A stretch of 63,789 nt of DNA, counting the filler, from Chiloscyllium plagiosum (lineage: Eukaryota), in the NCBI RefSeq assembly GCF_004010195.1. It is 4 parts of one record of this genome, joined end to end, with 100 filler letters (N's around TTAATTAATTAA, not from the genome) between each part and the next. Parts side by side here need not be neighbours in the genome. Positions count along the whole stretch, not along the records: positions 14,021 to 42,740 come from NC_057710.1; positions 42,841 to 58,995 come from NC_057710.1; 2 more parts are not named here. One strand, given 5' to 3'. A program made the position numbers and the translations under genes. Under the pieces are notes generated by a model. It was not told the origin of the DNA. It ran no database searches and saw only the letters and a list, made by a program, of their open reading frames with translations. Below are positions 37,140 through 49,382 of this stretch, in pieces; positions within the stretch are counted from its first letter, which is position 1, and each line of letters starts with the position of its first letter.

Positions 37140-38056
37140 AGTAAATTTGCAGATGACACCAAAATTGGAGGTGTAGTGGACAGTAAAGAAGGTTACCTCA
37201 GATTACAACAGGATCTTGACCAGATGGGCCAATGAGAAGTGGCAGATGGAGTTTAATTCAGATAAATGCGAGGTGCTGCATTTTGGGAAAGCAAATCTCA
37301 GCAGGACTTATACGCTTAATGGTAAGATCCTCGTGAGTGTTGCTGGACAAAGAGACCTTGGAGTGCAGGTTCATAGCCCCTTGAAAGTGGAGTTGCAGGT
37401 AGATAGGATAGTGAAGAGGGCATTTGGTATGCTTTCTTTTATTGGTCAGAGTATTGAGTGCAGGCGTTGGGAGGTCATGTTGTGGCTGTACAGGACATTG
37501 GTTAGGCCAGTTTTGGAATATTGCGTGTAATTCTGATCTTCTTCCAATCGGAAAGATATTGTGAAACTTGAAATGGTTCAGAAAAGATTTACAAGGATGT
37601 TGTCAGGGTTGGAGGATTTGAGCTATAGGGAGAGGCTGAAAAGGCTGGGGCTGTTTTCCCTGGAGCATCGGAGGCTGAGGTTTATAGAGGTTTACAAAAT
37701 TATGAGGGGCATGGATAGGATAAATAGACAAAGTCTTTTCTCTGGTGTGGGTGAGTCCAGAACTAGAGGGCATCGGGTTAGGGTGAGAGGGGAAAGATAT
37801 AAAAGGGGCAACGTATGTGGTACACATATGGAATGAGCTGCCAGAGGATGTTGTGGAGGCTGGTACAATTGCAACATTTAAGAGGCATTTGGATGGGTAT
37901 ATGAATAGGAAGGGTTTAGGTGGGAGAATGGGAAACTGGATATAAATAAGATGCTGGCAGGTGGAACTAAATTGGGTTGGGATAGCTGGTCGGCATGGAT
38001 GGGTTGGACCGAAGGGTCTGTTTCCATGCTGAACATCTCTATGACTCTATGACTCT
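37140..38056 (+). mobile_element. CR1-type LINE 3' part (HER1-like)
   Basis: KFADDTKIGG, KWQMEFNSDKCEVLHFG, RDLGVQVH; CTCTATGACTCTATGACT tail. Confidence 0.93.
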
Positions 38057-38289
38057 AATTAGTTTTGGCTGCTTGGTAAATTGGATTTCTTGGTCTTGAT
38101 GTCAGAGATCTCATTTCTGCTGATATCACATAATTCTCCCACTTTCCCAGCCATTTCCCATGTTGTACAGTGGGTGATAAGATTCCACTCTAAATGTTGC
38201 CCTACCTCATGGATTTACTGTCTTTGTCACCTTATATGGACAGTGTGTAAACCTTCAGTGCCCACATCACAGATGCTGGTCATCACATG

Positions 38290-39992
38290 ACATCAAGGAG
38301 GTGCTCAAGGCATTGGATTCTAAACGGCTGTGCACCCTGACACCATTCGGGCAATACCACTGAAAATTTATACTCTAAAATTTGCCACTCCCCTAGTCAA
38401 GCTGTTCCAGTACATCTGCATCATTAGCATTTATCTGATAATATGTAAAATTGCTCAAGTAATTCCTATACTCAAGCACCAGGACAAATTCAACTGGGCC
38501 AGTTACCACCCCATTATTCTACTCTATCTGCTATCTGCTCAGTAATAACCTGCTCAGTGATTCTCAGTTTGGGTTCTGCCAGGGCCACTCAGCTCCTGAT
38601 CTCAGTACACCATTAGTTAAAACATGGATAAAAGAGCTGAAATCCAGAGGTGAGGTAAAGCTGAAAACCCTTGACATCAAAACTGCATTTGACTGAGTGC
38701 AGCATCAAGGAGCCCTAGCAAAACTGGATTCAATAGGAAGCAGATGGAAAATTCTCCACTGTTTGGAATCATATCTGGCACTTAGGAAGATGGTTGTGGT
38801 TGTTGGAGGTCAGTCATCTCAGCTCCAGATCATCTCTGCAGATGTTCTTCAGTGTATTGCCCTCGGCCCAACCACTTCCAACTGCTTCTGTCTGATATTA
38901 GGTCAGAAGTGGGGATGTTTGCTAATGATTGCTCAGTGTTCTGCACCATCCATTACTCCTCAGGTACTGAAGCAGACCATTCCCAAATGCAGGAAGACCT
39001 GGACCATATTCAGGTTTGGGCTGACAAGTGACAAGTAACATTCATACCATACAAGTGTCAGGTAATGACCGTTTCCAACAAGAGAGAAACTAACCATGAC
39101 TCCTTGACATTGAATGGTGTCACCATCAGCTACACCCTTGGGGTTACCATTGAGCAGAAATTGAATTGTACTTGCCATATAAATACAATGGCTACAAGAG
39201 CAGATCTGAAGCTAGAAATCTTGCAGTGTGTAATTCAGCCTTGAATTCCCCAGAACCTGTCTACTAACTACCAGACACAAGTCAGGAGTGTGAGGTTCAA
39301 AGTTTGTGAGAAAATTTGTAGCTCTGGTGCTCGTTATTGTGGTTCTGTTCGCTGAGCTGGGAATTTGTGTTGCAGACGTTTCGTCCCCTGTCTAGGTGAC
39401 ATCCTCAGTGCTTGGGAGCCTCCTGTGAAGCGCTTCTGTGTTGTTTCCTCCGGCATTTATAGTGGTTTGTCTTTGCCGCTTCCGGTTGTCAGTTCCAGCT
39501 GTCTGCTGCAGTGGCCGGTATATTGGTATAAGTGTGATGTAATAGTCACAACTTGCCTGGGTGGGTTCAAGAGTTTGACACCATCCAGGATAAAGCTGCC
39601 AGCCTGATTGATATTACATCCACCAGCATCCACCACTGACAGCAAAGTGTAAGATGCACTGTAGAAATATACCAAGATTCCTTTGACAGCATCTTCCAAA
39701 CCCACGACCACTATCATCCAAATGGACAAAGACAACAGATACATGGAAACACTACAAGCTGCAAGTTCTCTTCTAAGCCACTTGCCATCCTGACTTGGAG
39801 AAGTATTGGCTTTCCCTCAGTGTCACTGGGTCAAAATCCTGAGACTTCCTCCTAGATGGTACTATAGTCTACTAATTGACTACAACAGTTCTAGAGGGCA
39901 GCTCACTACCATTATATCAAGGGCAACTTGGGATGAGAAATAAATGCTGGCCCTACCACCAACACCCACATTTTGTGAGTGAATGAATTAAA
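38290..39992 (+). mobile_element. LINE family B (CR1/L2 superfamily) RT to 3' end, with nested PLE repeat
   Basis: KIAQVIPILK..DKFNWASYHPI, QFGF and LDIKTAFD RT motifs; tail aataaatgctggccc...tgaatgaatt. Confidence 0.82.
39296..39528 (-). mobile_element. Solo PLE terminal repeat (second family) with intact hammerhead at 39372-39411
   Basis: Minus strand reads GCA-CTGAGGA-T-GTC-acctagacaggg-GAC-GAAACGTC-TGC; TSD agtgtga at 39287-39293 and 39531-39537. Confidence 0.88.
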
Positions 39993-41140
39993 AAAACACT
40001 GCACAAAAAGAATTACCTGTCAAGTTGCTGTTGTGTCAATTGTGGCTACAATGTCACCATGATGTACCATTTTTCTCTCGATTCCCTCAGAAAACAAATG
40101 GTTTCCCAAAGACATTTTCAGGAAAATGGCAGCTTCTTTAAATAAATCTGTCTTGTTAAACGTACAGATGATACTAGATAAACATTTACCTGTCCAAGGA
40201 CAGTACAGAATCCCTGATCCAAGCATAAAATATTACCCAATTATCCATTTGTTATAGCTCAATGTTTTCAGCATTAATCCACTGTCAGTTGTTATCCAGA
40301 GACAGTGTAATCAATTTTGTGCAAAATATTGGTTTTAGTTTTAAAGTGTATTGAATTGGTTTTCTTTAGATTGAATTGGAGAATTCATTATTAATTGGCA
40401 GTGGCGAAAAGATTTTGTTACTATCTGCAGTGTATAGAAATCCTTAAATTAAGCATAATCCAATTCAAATAAATTGTGTCTTGGTGGATAATTTTTAACA
40501 TTATCTCCTGGTGAAGTGAAGACATGTCTTGTCATCTCTGCTTCATTGGATTTCCTTCATGCTTAACTTACAGAAGTGAAAATCATGAAAAAGGCAAAAC
40601 CCCATTCCAGAAACCTTCACTGAAATGTAAAAAATGAAGGAAAGACAATGATTCATAGTGAAATGAGAGATGGAGAAATAAGTAAAAAAATCTGAGTTAA
40701 AGAAATCCTGCCAAGCAAAGTTCATCGCTGAATCTTTTAGGCATTTTACAATATTCCTATATGCACTACTTTTACATATGGCTCTAATTTGATTAAAAAG
40801 CAAATGAGGGCAGTGACTATTTAGAAATGAATTTCGATCAGTATGGTCCTTATTCTCAGTGTTCCTCTATTCGCACAGCTATTTACAGCATAGAAGGAGG
40901 CCATTCAGTTTGTGCTGTTTGTTAAGGCTAACCTGGCAAGTGTATCCCAATGCAATGCAACAACGTAAAACATATGGAAACAAATAGTAGGAAACTGATA
41001 CATGCTTATCAAGAAATCACTGGTGCATGTTGTGTCAAAATTGCCTTGTGGGCAAGACCTGAAAGATGTATTAGTTTTCCATCAAGTGCGGATTGTCATT
41101 TTCTTTACGCCCTGAAACTTTGTGGATGTGGGATGGGAGG

Positions 41141-41167
41141 GTGTGTGTGTGTGTGTGTGTGTGTGTG
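41141..41167. repeat. (GT)n microsatellite
   Basis: Read directly from the sequence. Confidence 0.95.
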
Positions 41168-41392
41168 GTTAATTTTTTTTTTGATTTATTAGGTCCCTAA
41201 ATTCTAGAGTTAGCTCTTGAATCCTCACTGCCTGTTTAACTCTTTCACCTCCTGTAGGACGTGCTGTGAAATAACCAATTTCACCAAGCTTAGGGTAATC
41301 TTTTTTATGTTCTATTCATTCAGGGGCATGAGTATCACTGACAAAGCCAGTATGTGTTTTTCTTTCCCATCCTCAATTGCCTTTGAACTGAA

Positions 41393-41966
41393 TGGCATGC
41401 TAGGCTATTCCAAATGGCTGTGACTGGTCAACCACATTACTATCAGTTTGGAGGCAAATGTCGGTAACGATGACAGATTTCTTTCCCTCAAGGACATCAG
41501 TGATTGTGATGGATTTTTATGAAATGGTATTTTCACTGCAACATGACTAAGCTTAGCTTTACCTGCCAGATTAATGTAATAACATATATCTAATATCTCC
41601 TTATGTACTTTGGTGTCTACCTAATTTTGCATGATTGTGTTGCTGTGAAACACCATGGAAGATTTGATTACATTGATGGTGGCATGCTAGGCTATTTCAA
41701 ATGGCTGTGACTGGTCAACCACATTACTATCAGTTTGGAGGCAAATGTAGGTAACTATGACAGATTTCTTTCCCTCAAGGACATCAGTGATTGTGATGGA
41801 TTTTTATGAAGTGGTATTTTCACTGCAACATGACTAAGCTTAGCTTTACCTGCCAGATTAATGTAATAACATATATCTAATATCTCCTTATGTACTTTGG
41901 TGTCTACCTAATTTTGCATGATTGTGTTGCTGTGAAACACCATGGAAGGTTTGATTACATTGATGG
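41393..41966. repeat. 287-bp tandem duplication (41393-41679, 41680-41966)
   Basis: Two consecutive copies starting tggcatgctaggctatt; I count 5 substitutions. Confidence 0.93.
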
Positions 41967-42030
41967 TGCTGTAAGTTGTGATTGCTGTTGCTTGTTTTCA
42001 ACTAATTACCCTTGTATCTTTTCATTACAG

Positions 42031-42185
42031 TTCCTCCAAGCTTCCTAAAGCGTCCTTCCAACCTCTACGCTTATGAGAGTATGGACATTGAGTTTGAATG
42101 TGCAGTTAGCGGAAAGCCCGTCCCTACTGTGAGATGGATAAAGAATGGAGAGGTGGTCATTCCAAGTGATTACTTTCAGATTGTG
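42031..42185 (+). CDS. DCC: Internal coding exon of netrin receptor DCC (4th Ig-like domain; equivalent to human exon 6)
   Basis: Translation (V)[51 protein letters not shown] matches recalled vertebrate DCC ([52 protein letters not shown]) better than neogenin (..NIYAHESMDIVFEC..FKIV). Acceptor tcttttcattacAG ends at 42030; donor GTG|GTAAGC starts at 42186. Length 155 bp, phase 1 to phase 0. Confidence 0.95.
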
Positions 42186-42498
42186 GTAAGCAATATTATT
42201 CAGTGACATTGTCATGATTTGTGGGGAAACGAACACTGCTGAAGCTCAATTTGACTTGTTCCATTGGTCTTGCTTCAATTTAAATTAACCAGAACAACAT
42301 CGGCATTGATTATTGATTCTGAGCAAAACTGCTTGCTTATATATTGTGGCTCAAAGCAGAAGAGAATGCAAAGGCTTTCTTGAGTGTTATCAACAATACA
42401 ATGGTTATCAGAAGAGTAATGTGTCATTAGAGATCAACATGGAGACCTAGGAAGAAGGCATGTCTGAGATTGCAAATGAATACTTTGCGTTGGTGTTT

Positions 42499-42740
42499 AG
42501 GTAAAAACAATGACTGCAGATGCTGGAAACCAGAGTCTAGATTAGAGTGGTGCTGGAAAAGCACAGCAGTTCAGACAGTATCCGAAGAGCAGGAAAATCA
42601 ACGTTTCGGGCAAAAGCCCTTCATCAGGAATACAGGCAGAGAGCCTGAAGGGTGAAGAGATAAGTGAGAGGAGGGTAGGGGTGGGGAGAAAGTAGCATAG
42701 AGTACAATAGGTGAGTGGGGGAGGGGAAGAAGGTGATAGG
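42499..42740 (-). mobile_element. PLE terminal repeat running into an assembly gap
   Basis: Same subfamily as 13705; minus-strand core CTGATGA-A-GGGC-TTTT-GCCC-GAAACGTT. Confidence 0.85.
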
Positions 42741-42840
42741 NNNNNNNNNNNNNNNNNNNNNNNNNNNNNNNNNNNNNNNNNNNNTTAATTAATTAANNNN
42801 NNNNNNNNNNNNNNNNNNNNNNNNNNNNNNNNNNNNNNNN

Positions 42841-43560
42841 GAACAACACTTCGTTCATCCTAGCTCTAAGCTTCCATCCTAGCTCCCTGAATTTCTGCCT
42901 TAAATCCACATCTCTCTTCCTACCTATGTCATTGGTGCCTATGTGGACCATGACTTGGGGCTGCTCCCGCTCCCCCTTAAAGATCCCAAAAACATGATCA
43001 GAGACATCACGAACCCTGGCACTTGGGAGGCAACACACCAACCGTGAGTCCCTCTCATCCCCACAGGACCTTCCATCTGTCCCTCTAACTATGGAGTCCC
43101 CAATGACTACTGCTCTGCTCTTCTTCCTCCTTCTCTTCTGAGCAGCAGGGACAGACCTGTGTTAGAGCCCTGTGCCCCACAGCTTTCCCCTGGTAAGTCA
43201 TCCCCCCAGCACTATCCAAAATGGTATACGTATTGTTGAGGCGATTGGCCACGGGGATCCCTGCACTGCCTGCTGGTTCCCTTTCCATCCCCTGACTGTA
43301 ACCCATCTACCTTTTTCTTGTACCTTAGGAGTGACTACCTCCCTGTAACTCCTCTCAATAACTCCCTCTGCCTCCTGAATGATCCGAAGTTCATCCAGCT
43401 CCAGCTCCAGTTCCCTAACGCAGTTTTTGAGGAGCTGGAGTTGGGTGCACTTCCCGCAGATGTGGTCAGCAGGGACACCAGTAGTGACCCTTACCTCCCA
43501 CATTCTGCAGGAGGAACATTCAACTGCCCTAAACTTCATTCCCACTATTCTAAATTCCAA
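42841..43560 (-). mobile_element. CR1 LINE ORF1 (zinc finger/leucine zipper plus SGNH esterase), frameshifted
   Basis: CSSCRMW...ICGKC..LQLL..VRELELEL, then VCCLPSARVRDV...VMVHIGTNDIG. Confidence 0.9.
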
Positions 43561-43619
43561 AGAGACTGTTGAATCCTGTCACTATGAAGGCTTTCTTCAC
43601 CACCTCCTGTATCTACATG

Positions 43620-45320
43620 CTTACCTTCATGACTGATGTATGAGGACACCCATGTCTCATTTCACACTGCCCTCTCTCAATTTATAGCCACTCAAATAAT
43701 AAGCTTCCTTCCTATTTTTGCTTACATTTGCCCACATTGTACCACATCTGCTATGCATTTGCTTACTCACTGACCTTGTCTAAATCACAATAAAACATTT
43801 CTCCATTCTCCCCACACCTCACACTCTCATGCAACTTTGACATATGCAAATTTGGAAATATTACGAACTGGTCTATTATTCTCAGTTTCCTCTCTGCCTC
43901 CCTCTTAAGTAGAGGGATTACATTAACTATTTTCTAATAAACAGGAACTGTTCTGGAATCTATAGATCCTTGGAAAATGACCATCAATGCATCCATTATT
44001 TCTAGGGCCACTTCCTTGAATATCCTGGAATGTAGATTATCAGGCCATGGTGATTATTAAGCCTTCAATCCCATCAATTTTCCTAACACTACTAATTCTC
44101 CTCCTAATACTGATTTTCTTCAGCTCCTCTCTCTCACTAAACCATTAGGCGGCTCCTCAATGTTTGTGATATGGTGTTTGTCCATGTGAACACAGGACTG
44201 ATGTATACATTTAGTTAGTCTGCCATTCCTTTGTTCCCCATTGTAAGCTACCCTGTTTCTGTCAGAAAAGGGCCTACATTTGTCTTCACCAATCTTTTTC
44301 CCTTGACATACCGACAGAAACTTTTATAGTCCACTTTATATTTCCTGCAAGCTTACTCTCATACTCTATTTTCCCTTTTTTAATCAATTCCTTTGTCCTC
44401 TTTTGCTGAATTCTAAACTGCTCCCACTCCTCAGGTCTGCTGGGGTTTTATTTCTTGTCAGTTTGTATGCCTCTTCCTTGGATGTAATACTACCTCTAGT
44501 TTCCTTTGTATTCCAGAACTCGTTCAACTCTCTTGTTTTACATTTGCACCAGGCCAGAATGAGCAATCATTGCAGTTCACCCATGCACTCTTTGAATGTT
44601 TGCCATTGCCTTTCCACCATCATCCCTTTAAACAACATACCTTAATCTGTTGTAGCCAACTTGCAGCTCACTGATCATAATTTTCTCTTTCTCGAGCCAG
44701 GACCCAACTGCTGTAGTCTCAGGATCAACTACCTCCCTCTCCACCTTGATGAAGAATTTTATCATTAAGGTCGCTCATCCCTAAGGGCCCTCGCTCAACT
44801 AGACTGCCTTTCTCCTTAACACAATCCCCTTGATTTCTCTACCTATCACTTTTATTTTATTCCTTTTTCTGTTTTTTGTCTTGTTCTTGATTTCTCCTTC
44901 CTATGACTCATTATGTAAGTTCCCACCCCCTGCCAATTTAGTTTAAAACCTCTCCAACCACCTCAGCAAATACTCCCCTAAAGGCGATCAGTCCCATTCC
45001 TACCCAGGTATAACTCATCCAATTTGTAATGGCCGCTTCTCCCCTAGAACTGATCCCAATGCCCCAGGAGTCTAAACTTCTGCTCCTGGCACCATGTCTT
45101 CAGTCCTTTTTCACCTGATATATCCTGCTATTCCTACTCTGACCAGCGTTTATCACTGGTAGCAATCCTGAGATCCCTGCTTTTGAGGGTTTACTTTTCA
45201 ATTTACCTAACTCCCTATATTCTGTTTTTAGGATTTCATCTCTTTTTTTTATATTCATTTGTACCAACTTATACCATAACCACTGGCTGTTCATGGTCTT
45301 CCTCAAGATGTACCACAGAA
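43620..45320 (-). mobile_element. Old, heavily deleted CR1 LINE (end of ORF1 and pieces of ORF2)
   Basis: EYRELGKLKSK..ISGLLPV (esterase), plus decayed ORF2 segments. Confidence 0.7.
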
Positions 45321-46390
45321 TGCCACTTCCTAAGATTTTAAAATCTTTCAAAATGTGTAGTAGTAACATGGTGGCACTAGTTCCTTTGGCTTTTAAGGAT
45401 TTTCAGGACATTTGATGACAGAGATCATAAAATCTTCTCAGTCATCTCAACTGTTGTATGCTAGTCATCTGGAAAATAAAGGGAAACTGGGGCAGGAGGA
45501 GGAAGAAGTAAAGCTTGTAAAAAAATCAGACAAACATGACAATGTTCAAAAATGTGAGTCATCTTCTGATATTGGCCTTTCACTTGATTGAATCTGAACT
45601 TCACTGAAACTTCTCTGTTTGTATACCTTCTTAACACTTTGCTTGCTTCCCAGTGTTGTGGTGTGCATCATCTTGTCAGTCACCTACATTTTTTACTAGG
45701 GTCGAACTTGGCCTTTGAACTAAATTTCCATTACATATGTACCCAATGGTCCTCAGTGCCACATGTTTTGCAGTTATTAAGAAAAGCTACACAGCTTTGA
45801 ATAAATATGACGATCTTTGTTGGTGCTGATTATGTTGATTTGGTACACATTGCTGAAAATAGCAATAGTGCTGGCTGGTAATTGTTATTTGCCTATCACT
45901 ATGGATTAAAATTCGTGCTCATCATCAAGTAAAACATCTGTGATATGGCCATTTTCCTTGCCAAAAAGGTCATTTCAAATTGGTGTAGAGTAAATTCAAT
46001 GCACCACTCTCGGAGTTCTACTTCCGAAAAATCAATCCTCAAACCCTTTACTGCAACATCTTCCGAACAGCAGACCAACCAACAGAATCTTGGGTTACTG
46101 TCTGTGTAACATGAGTTGGAGTCTGTTCACTCTGAAGTTGATTTTTACTTTCGGCTGGTCTTCAATCTTTTCGGGATCTTTCGAATTGTCCTAGGAAGAT
46201 GGAAAAATATTCAGAGCTCACTTCATGGGATCACCTATTGCTTGATGCGTGAACTAGAACTGCATGCACTGTTTGTACAATTCAACAAAGACATGAGTAG
46301 CCATCCATTCCATACTTAAATGTTTGCCTTCAATTTCTCTTCGGAGGTGTTCATTTTCTTATAAAGAAGCAAAACCCATTGTCATGTTTG

Positions 46391-46490
46391 GCACACCCTC
46401 CTCATTCCTGAAGAAGGGCTTATGCCCGAACATCGATTCTCCTTCTCCTTTGATGCTGCCTGACCTGCTGCGCTTTTCCAGCAACACATG
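46391..46490 (+). mobile_element. Short PLE terminal-repeat insertion
   Basis: CTGAAGA-A-GGGC-TTAT-GCCC-GAACATC (damaged core); direct repeat cattgtcatgtttg at 46377-46390 and 46497-46510. Confidence 0.82.
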
Positions 46491-46596
46491 TTTGAACATT
46501 GTCATGTTTGTCTGATTTTCTTACAAGCTTTACTTCTTCCTCCTCCTGCCTCAGTTTCCCTTTATTTTCCAGATGACTAGCATACAAGAGTTGAGA

Positions 46597-47160
46597 TGTA
46601 CTGCCAAGATCATATAAGGCTCTGGTCAGACCATATTTGGAATATTTTAAGCAGTTTTAGGCCCTGTATCTTTGGAAGGATGTGCTGGCCTTGAGGGGGC
46701 CCACAGGAGGTTTACAAGCATGATCCCAGGATGAAAAGCATGACATTTGAGGAGCAGTTGAGGACTCTGGGTTTGTACTCGATTGAGTTTAGAAGGATGA
46801 GGAGGGATCTCCTTAAAACTTACAGAATAATGACAGGGTTGGAGAGAGTGGACATGAAGAAGATGTTTCCACTAATTGAAGAGACTAGGACAAAGGGTTT
46901 GACCTCAGAGTGAAGAGATGACTGTTTAGAAGTGAGACGAGGAAGAATTTATTCAGCCGGAGGGTTGTGAACCTGTCAAACTCATTGGTGTAGCAGGCTG
47001 AGTGAGCCAAGTGATTAAATATATTTAAGGCAGAGATAGATAGGTTCTTGATTAGAAAGGAGATCAAGAATTACAGGAAGAAAGCAGGAAAATGGGGCAA
47101 CAAAACATAATCAAATGGTGGAGCAGACTTGATGGGCTGATATATCTTATGATCTAATGG
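46597..47160 (+). mobile_element. CR1-type LINE 3' part
   Basis: EQLRTLGLYSIEFRRMRRDL; tcttatg tail. Confidence 0.85.
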
Positions 47161-48424
47161 TCTATTCTTCCCTCCTGCTTTCCAGGCCTTAGCCTCTGAT
47201 GAGAAATGCTTTAAGAGATACTAACTCATTTGTTGAAGTTTACATTTGGAAGTTTCAGCCACCGGATGATGTTCACACCAAATAAAGAATGATGTATTTC
47301 ATCTATTTTCATACCAATTTGAAGAAGCAAAATTGTGAAACTGAATGGTGCTCTGAGGTAAGCTTTCTTAATGCAGTAGACTTTTAAAAACATTTCTAGA
47401 TTTATTATCTTCCAAGAGCACTTTATAGCTTTGATATGAGGAGCATTTGACTAAGTTTACCTCAAAAATTGAACTACTGGTTTTCCCAGGGGTTTTGTTT
47501 AAAGGGAGGCAGCTCTTCTAACTTGAAAAAACTTAAAGATTTAAATCAGAAAGAAAGTCATCCTGTTGTCTGGCTGACAATACTATCCACAGATTTTTAT
47601 TCACAGTAGCTGATGTTTGTAATTGTGAAAATTTGTGATGACTCAGGCTATTGTCTTATTATCCTCAATGAGATTTCCAAATATCTACTTCCGCGATCTT
47701 GGAATAATTTCTTTTTAAATGGCCACAACTGCTGACCATGATGTGCATTTTGCCTCAAGCAGATATTGTATCAGGTAGAATAATGTTTATGTTATCCCTC
47801 ATAACATCAAAACTAGACATGGACATTGTGGTATTGAAAGATCCAACAAATGTTTTGTACAGCTCACTAATATATACAAATATTACATTCATAGGTGCTG
47901 GCATGTCTGTCGTAGTATTGCACTATTTGGTATCAAAGAGTAGCATGCTTCCATCAGTGTGCCATGCATCAAGTGACCCGAGTTAAGATGGCAATTGGGA
48001 ACTTTACACCCTCAGGTCACATGCTATAAGACAGTGATTATATCATGAACATGTCTCTTCAAGGTGTAGCCATCAGACATAACACAATACTTCCAAGTAA
48101 ATTGACACATGGCAGTCAAACATGGGTGATTTATAGCTACCAGTAAAAGAAGACCAATAATTTTTACCTTTCTGGTGCTCCCTCAATACTTCCAATAGTA
48201 CCTTGCTTACTAATTCCTGTTAGAATTGATAGAAACAGCATCTGTCGAACAATGAAGTCTCATTGGCTTCCCAAATATGTTTTGAAATTTGTTTGTGGGT
48301 AAAGGAGTTTTCTTAAGTGTCTTGTCCAATCTTGAACAACTTCCCTAAAACAGATTATCCGGCCATTCATCTCATTGTTGTAAGTCTTTATATCATTTAT
48401 TTCTTTAAACAGTAGTCAATGTTA

Positions 48425-48745
48425 GAATCGCTACAGTGTGGAAGCAGGTCCTATGGCCCAGCAAATCCACACTGACTCACTGAAGAGCATTCCACCCAGA
48501 TCCACCCCTGTATTTCCCATGGCTAATCCAACTAGCCTGCACACTATGGGCAATTTTGCATGGCCAATCCACCTAACCAACAGGTTTGCACTGTGGGAGC
48601 AAACCAGCGCACCTAGAAGAAACCCACGCCAACACGAGGAGAAAGTGCAAACTCCACACAGATGGTCACCCAAGGCTGGAATCAAGCCTGGGCCTCTGGC
48701 ACTGTGAGGCAGCAGTGTCGACCACTGAGTCACTGTGCCAGCCCA
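48425..48745 (-). mobile_element. V-core/HE1-like SINE
   Basis: Reverse-complement homologue of 49013-49338. Confidence 0.85.
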
Positions 48746-49012
48746 GATTACAGGCCCTGTTGGCTTGTGAACCCAGGATCTACTCTTTACTAGGCAGGTT
48801 CTTTCACCAACTAAGCCATGTCGCCATCACTTTGCACTACCTCATTAATTAAAAATTATTTATGGATATCTGAACTATGAAGGGTGCTCTACAAATGTGC
48901 TTTTTTTCTTTCCTTTATAAAAAAGTTTACATCTATAGAATAATTAGCATGTTTTCCTCTGCATGCAAAACATACATGGCTCTGAACTTCAAAAAGGGAC
49001 GTATAAGATTTA

Positions 49013-49338
49013 TGGGCAGCATGGTGGCTCAGTGGTTAGCACTGCTGCCTCACAGTGCCAGGGACCTGGGTTCAATTCCCACCTTGGGCGACTGTCTGTG
49101 TGGAGTTTGCACATTCTCCCCGTGTCTGCGTGGGTTTCCTCCGAGTGCTATGGTTTCCTCCCACAATCCAAAGGTGTGCAGGTTAGGTGAATTGGCCATG
49201 CTAAATTGTCCATAGTGTTAGGTGCGTTAGTCAGGGGTAAATGTAGGGCAATGAGTCTGGGTAGGTTACTGTTCAGAGGGTCAGTGTGGATGTGTTAGGC
49301 CAAAGGGCCTGTTTCTATACTGTGGGGAATCTAATCTA
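49013..49338 (+). mobile_element. Full-length V-core/HE1-like tRNA-derived SINE
   Basis: A box tggctcagtgg, B box ggttcaattcc, V core ctgtgtggagtttgcacattctccccgtgtctgcgtgggtttcctcc, CR1-type tail ggccaaagggcctgtt, ATCTA repeats. Confidence 0.92.
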
Positions 49339-49382
49339 GATAAAGACAAAAAAGAACTGCCTTCTTAGAACTGCCTTCTTAG

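Noticed and set aside
42012..42206. The 64-aa ORF as a stand-alone gene, or as neogenin
   Set aside because: ORF ends run past the splice sites into intron. Residues [14 protein letters not shown] and YFQIV fit DCC better than NEO1.
49013..49085. tRNA gene
   Set aside because: The A/B boxes continue into a V-SINE core and LINE-derived tail, with no complete cloverleaf; this is a SINE head.
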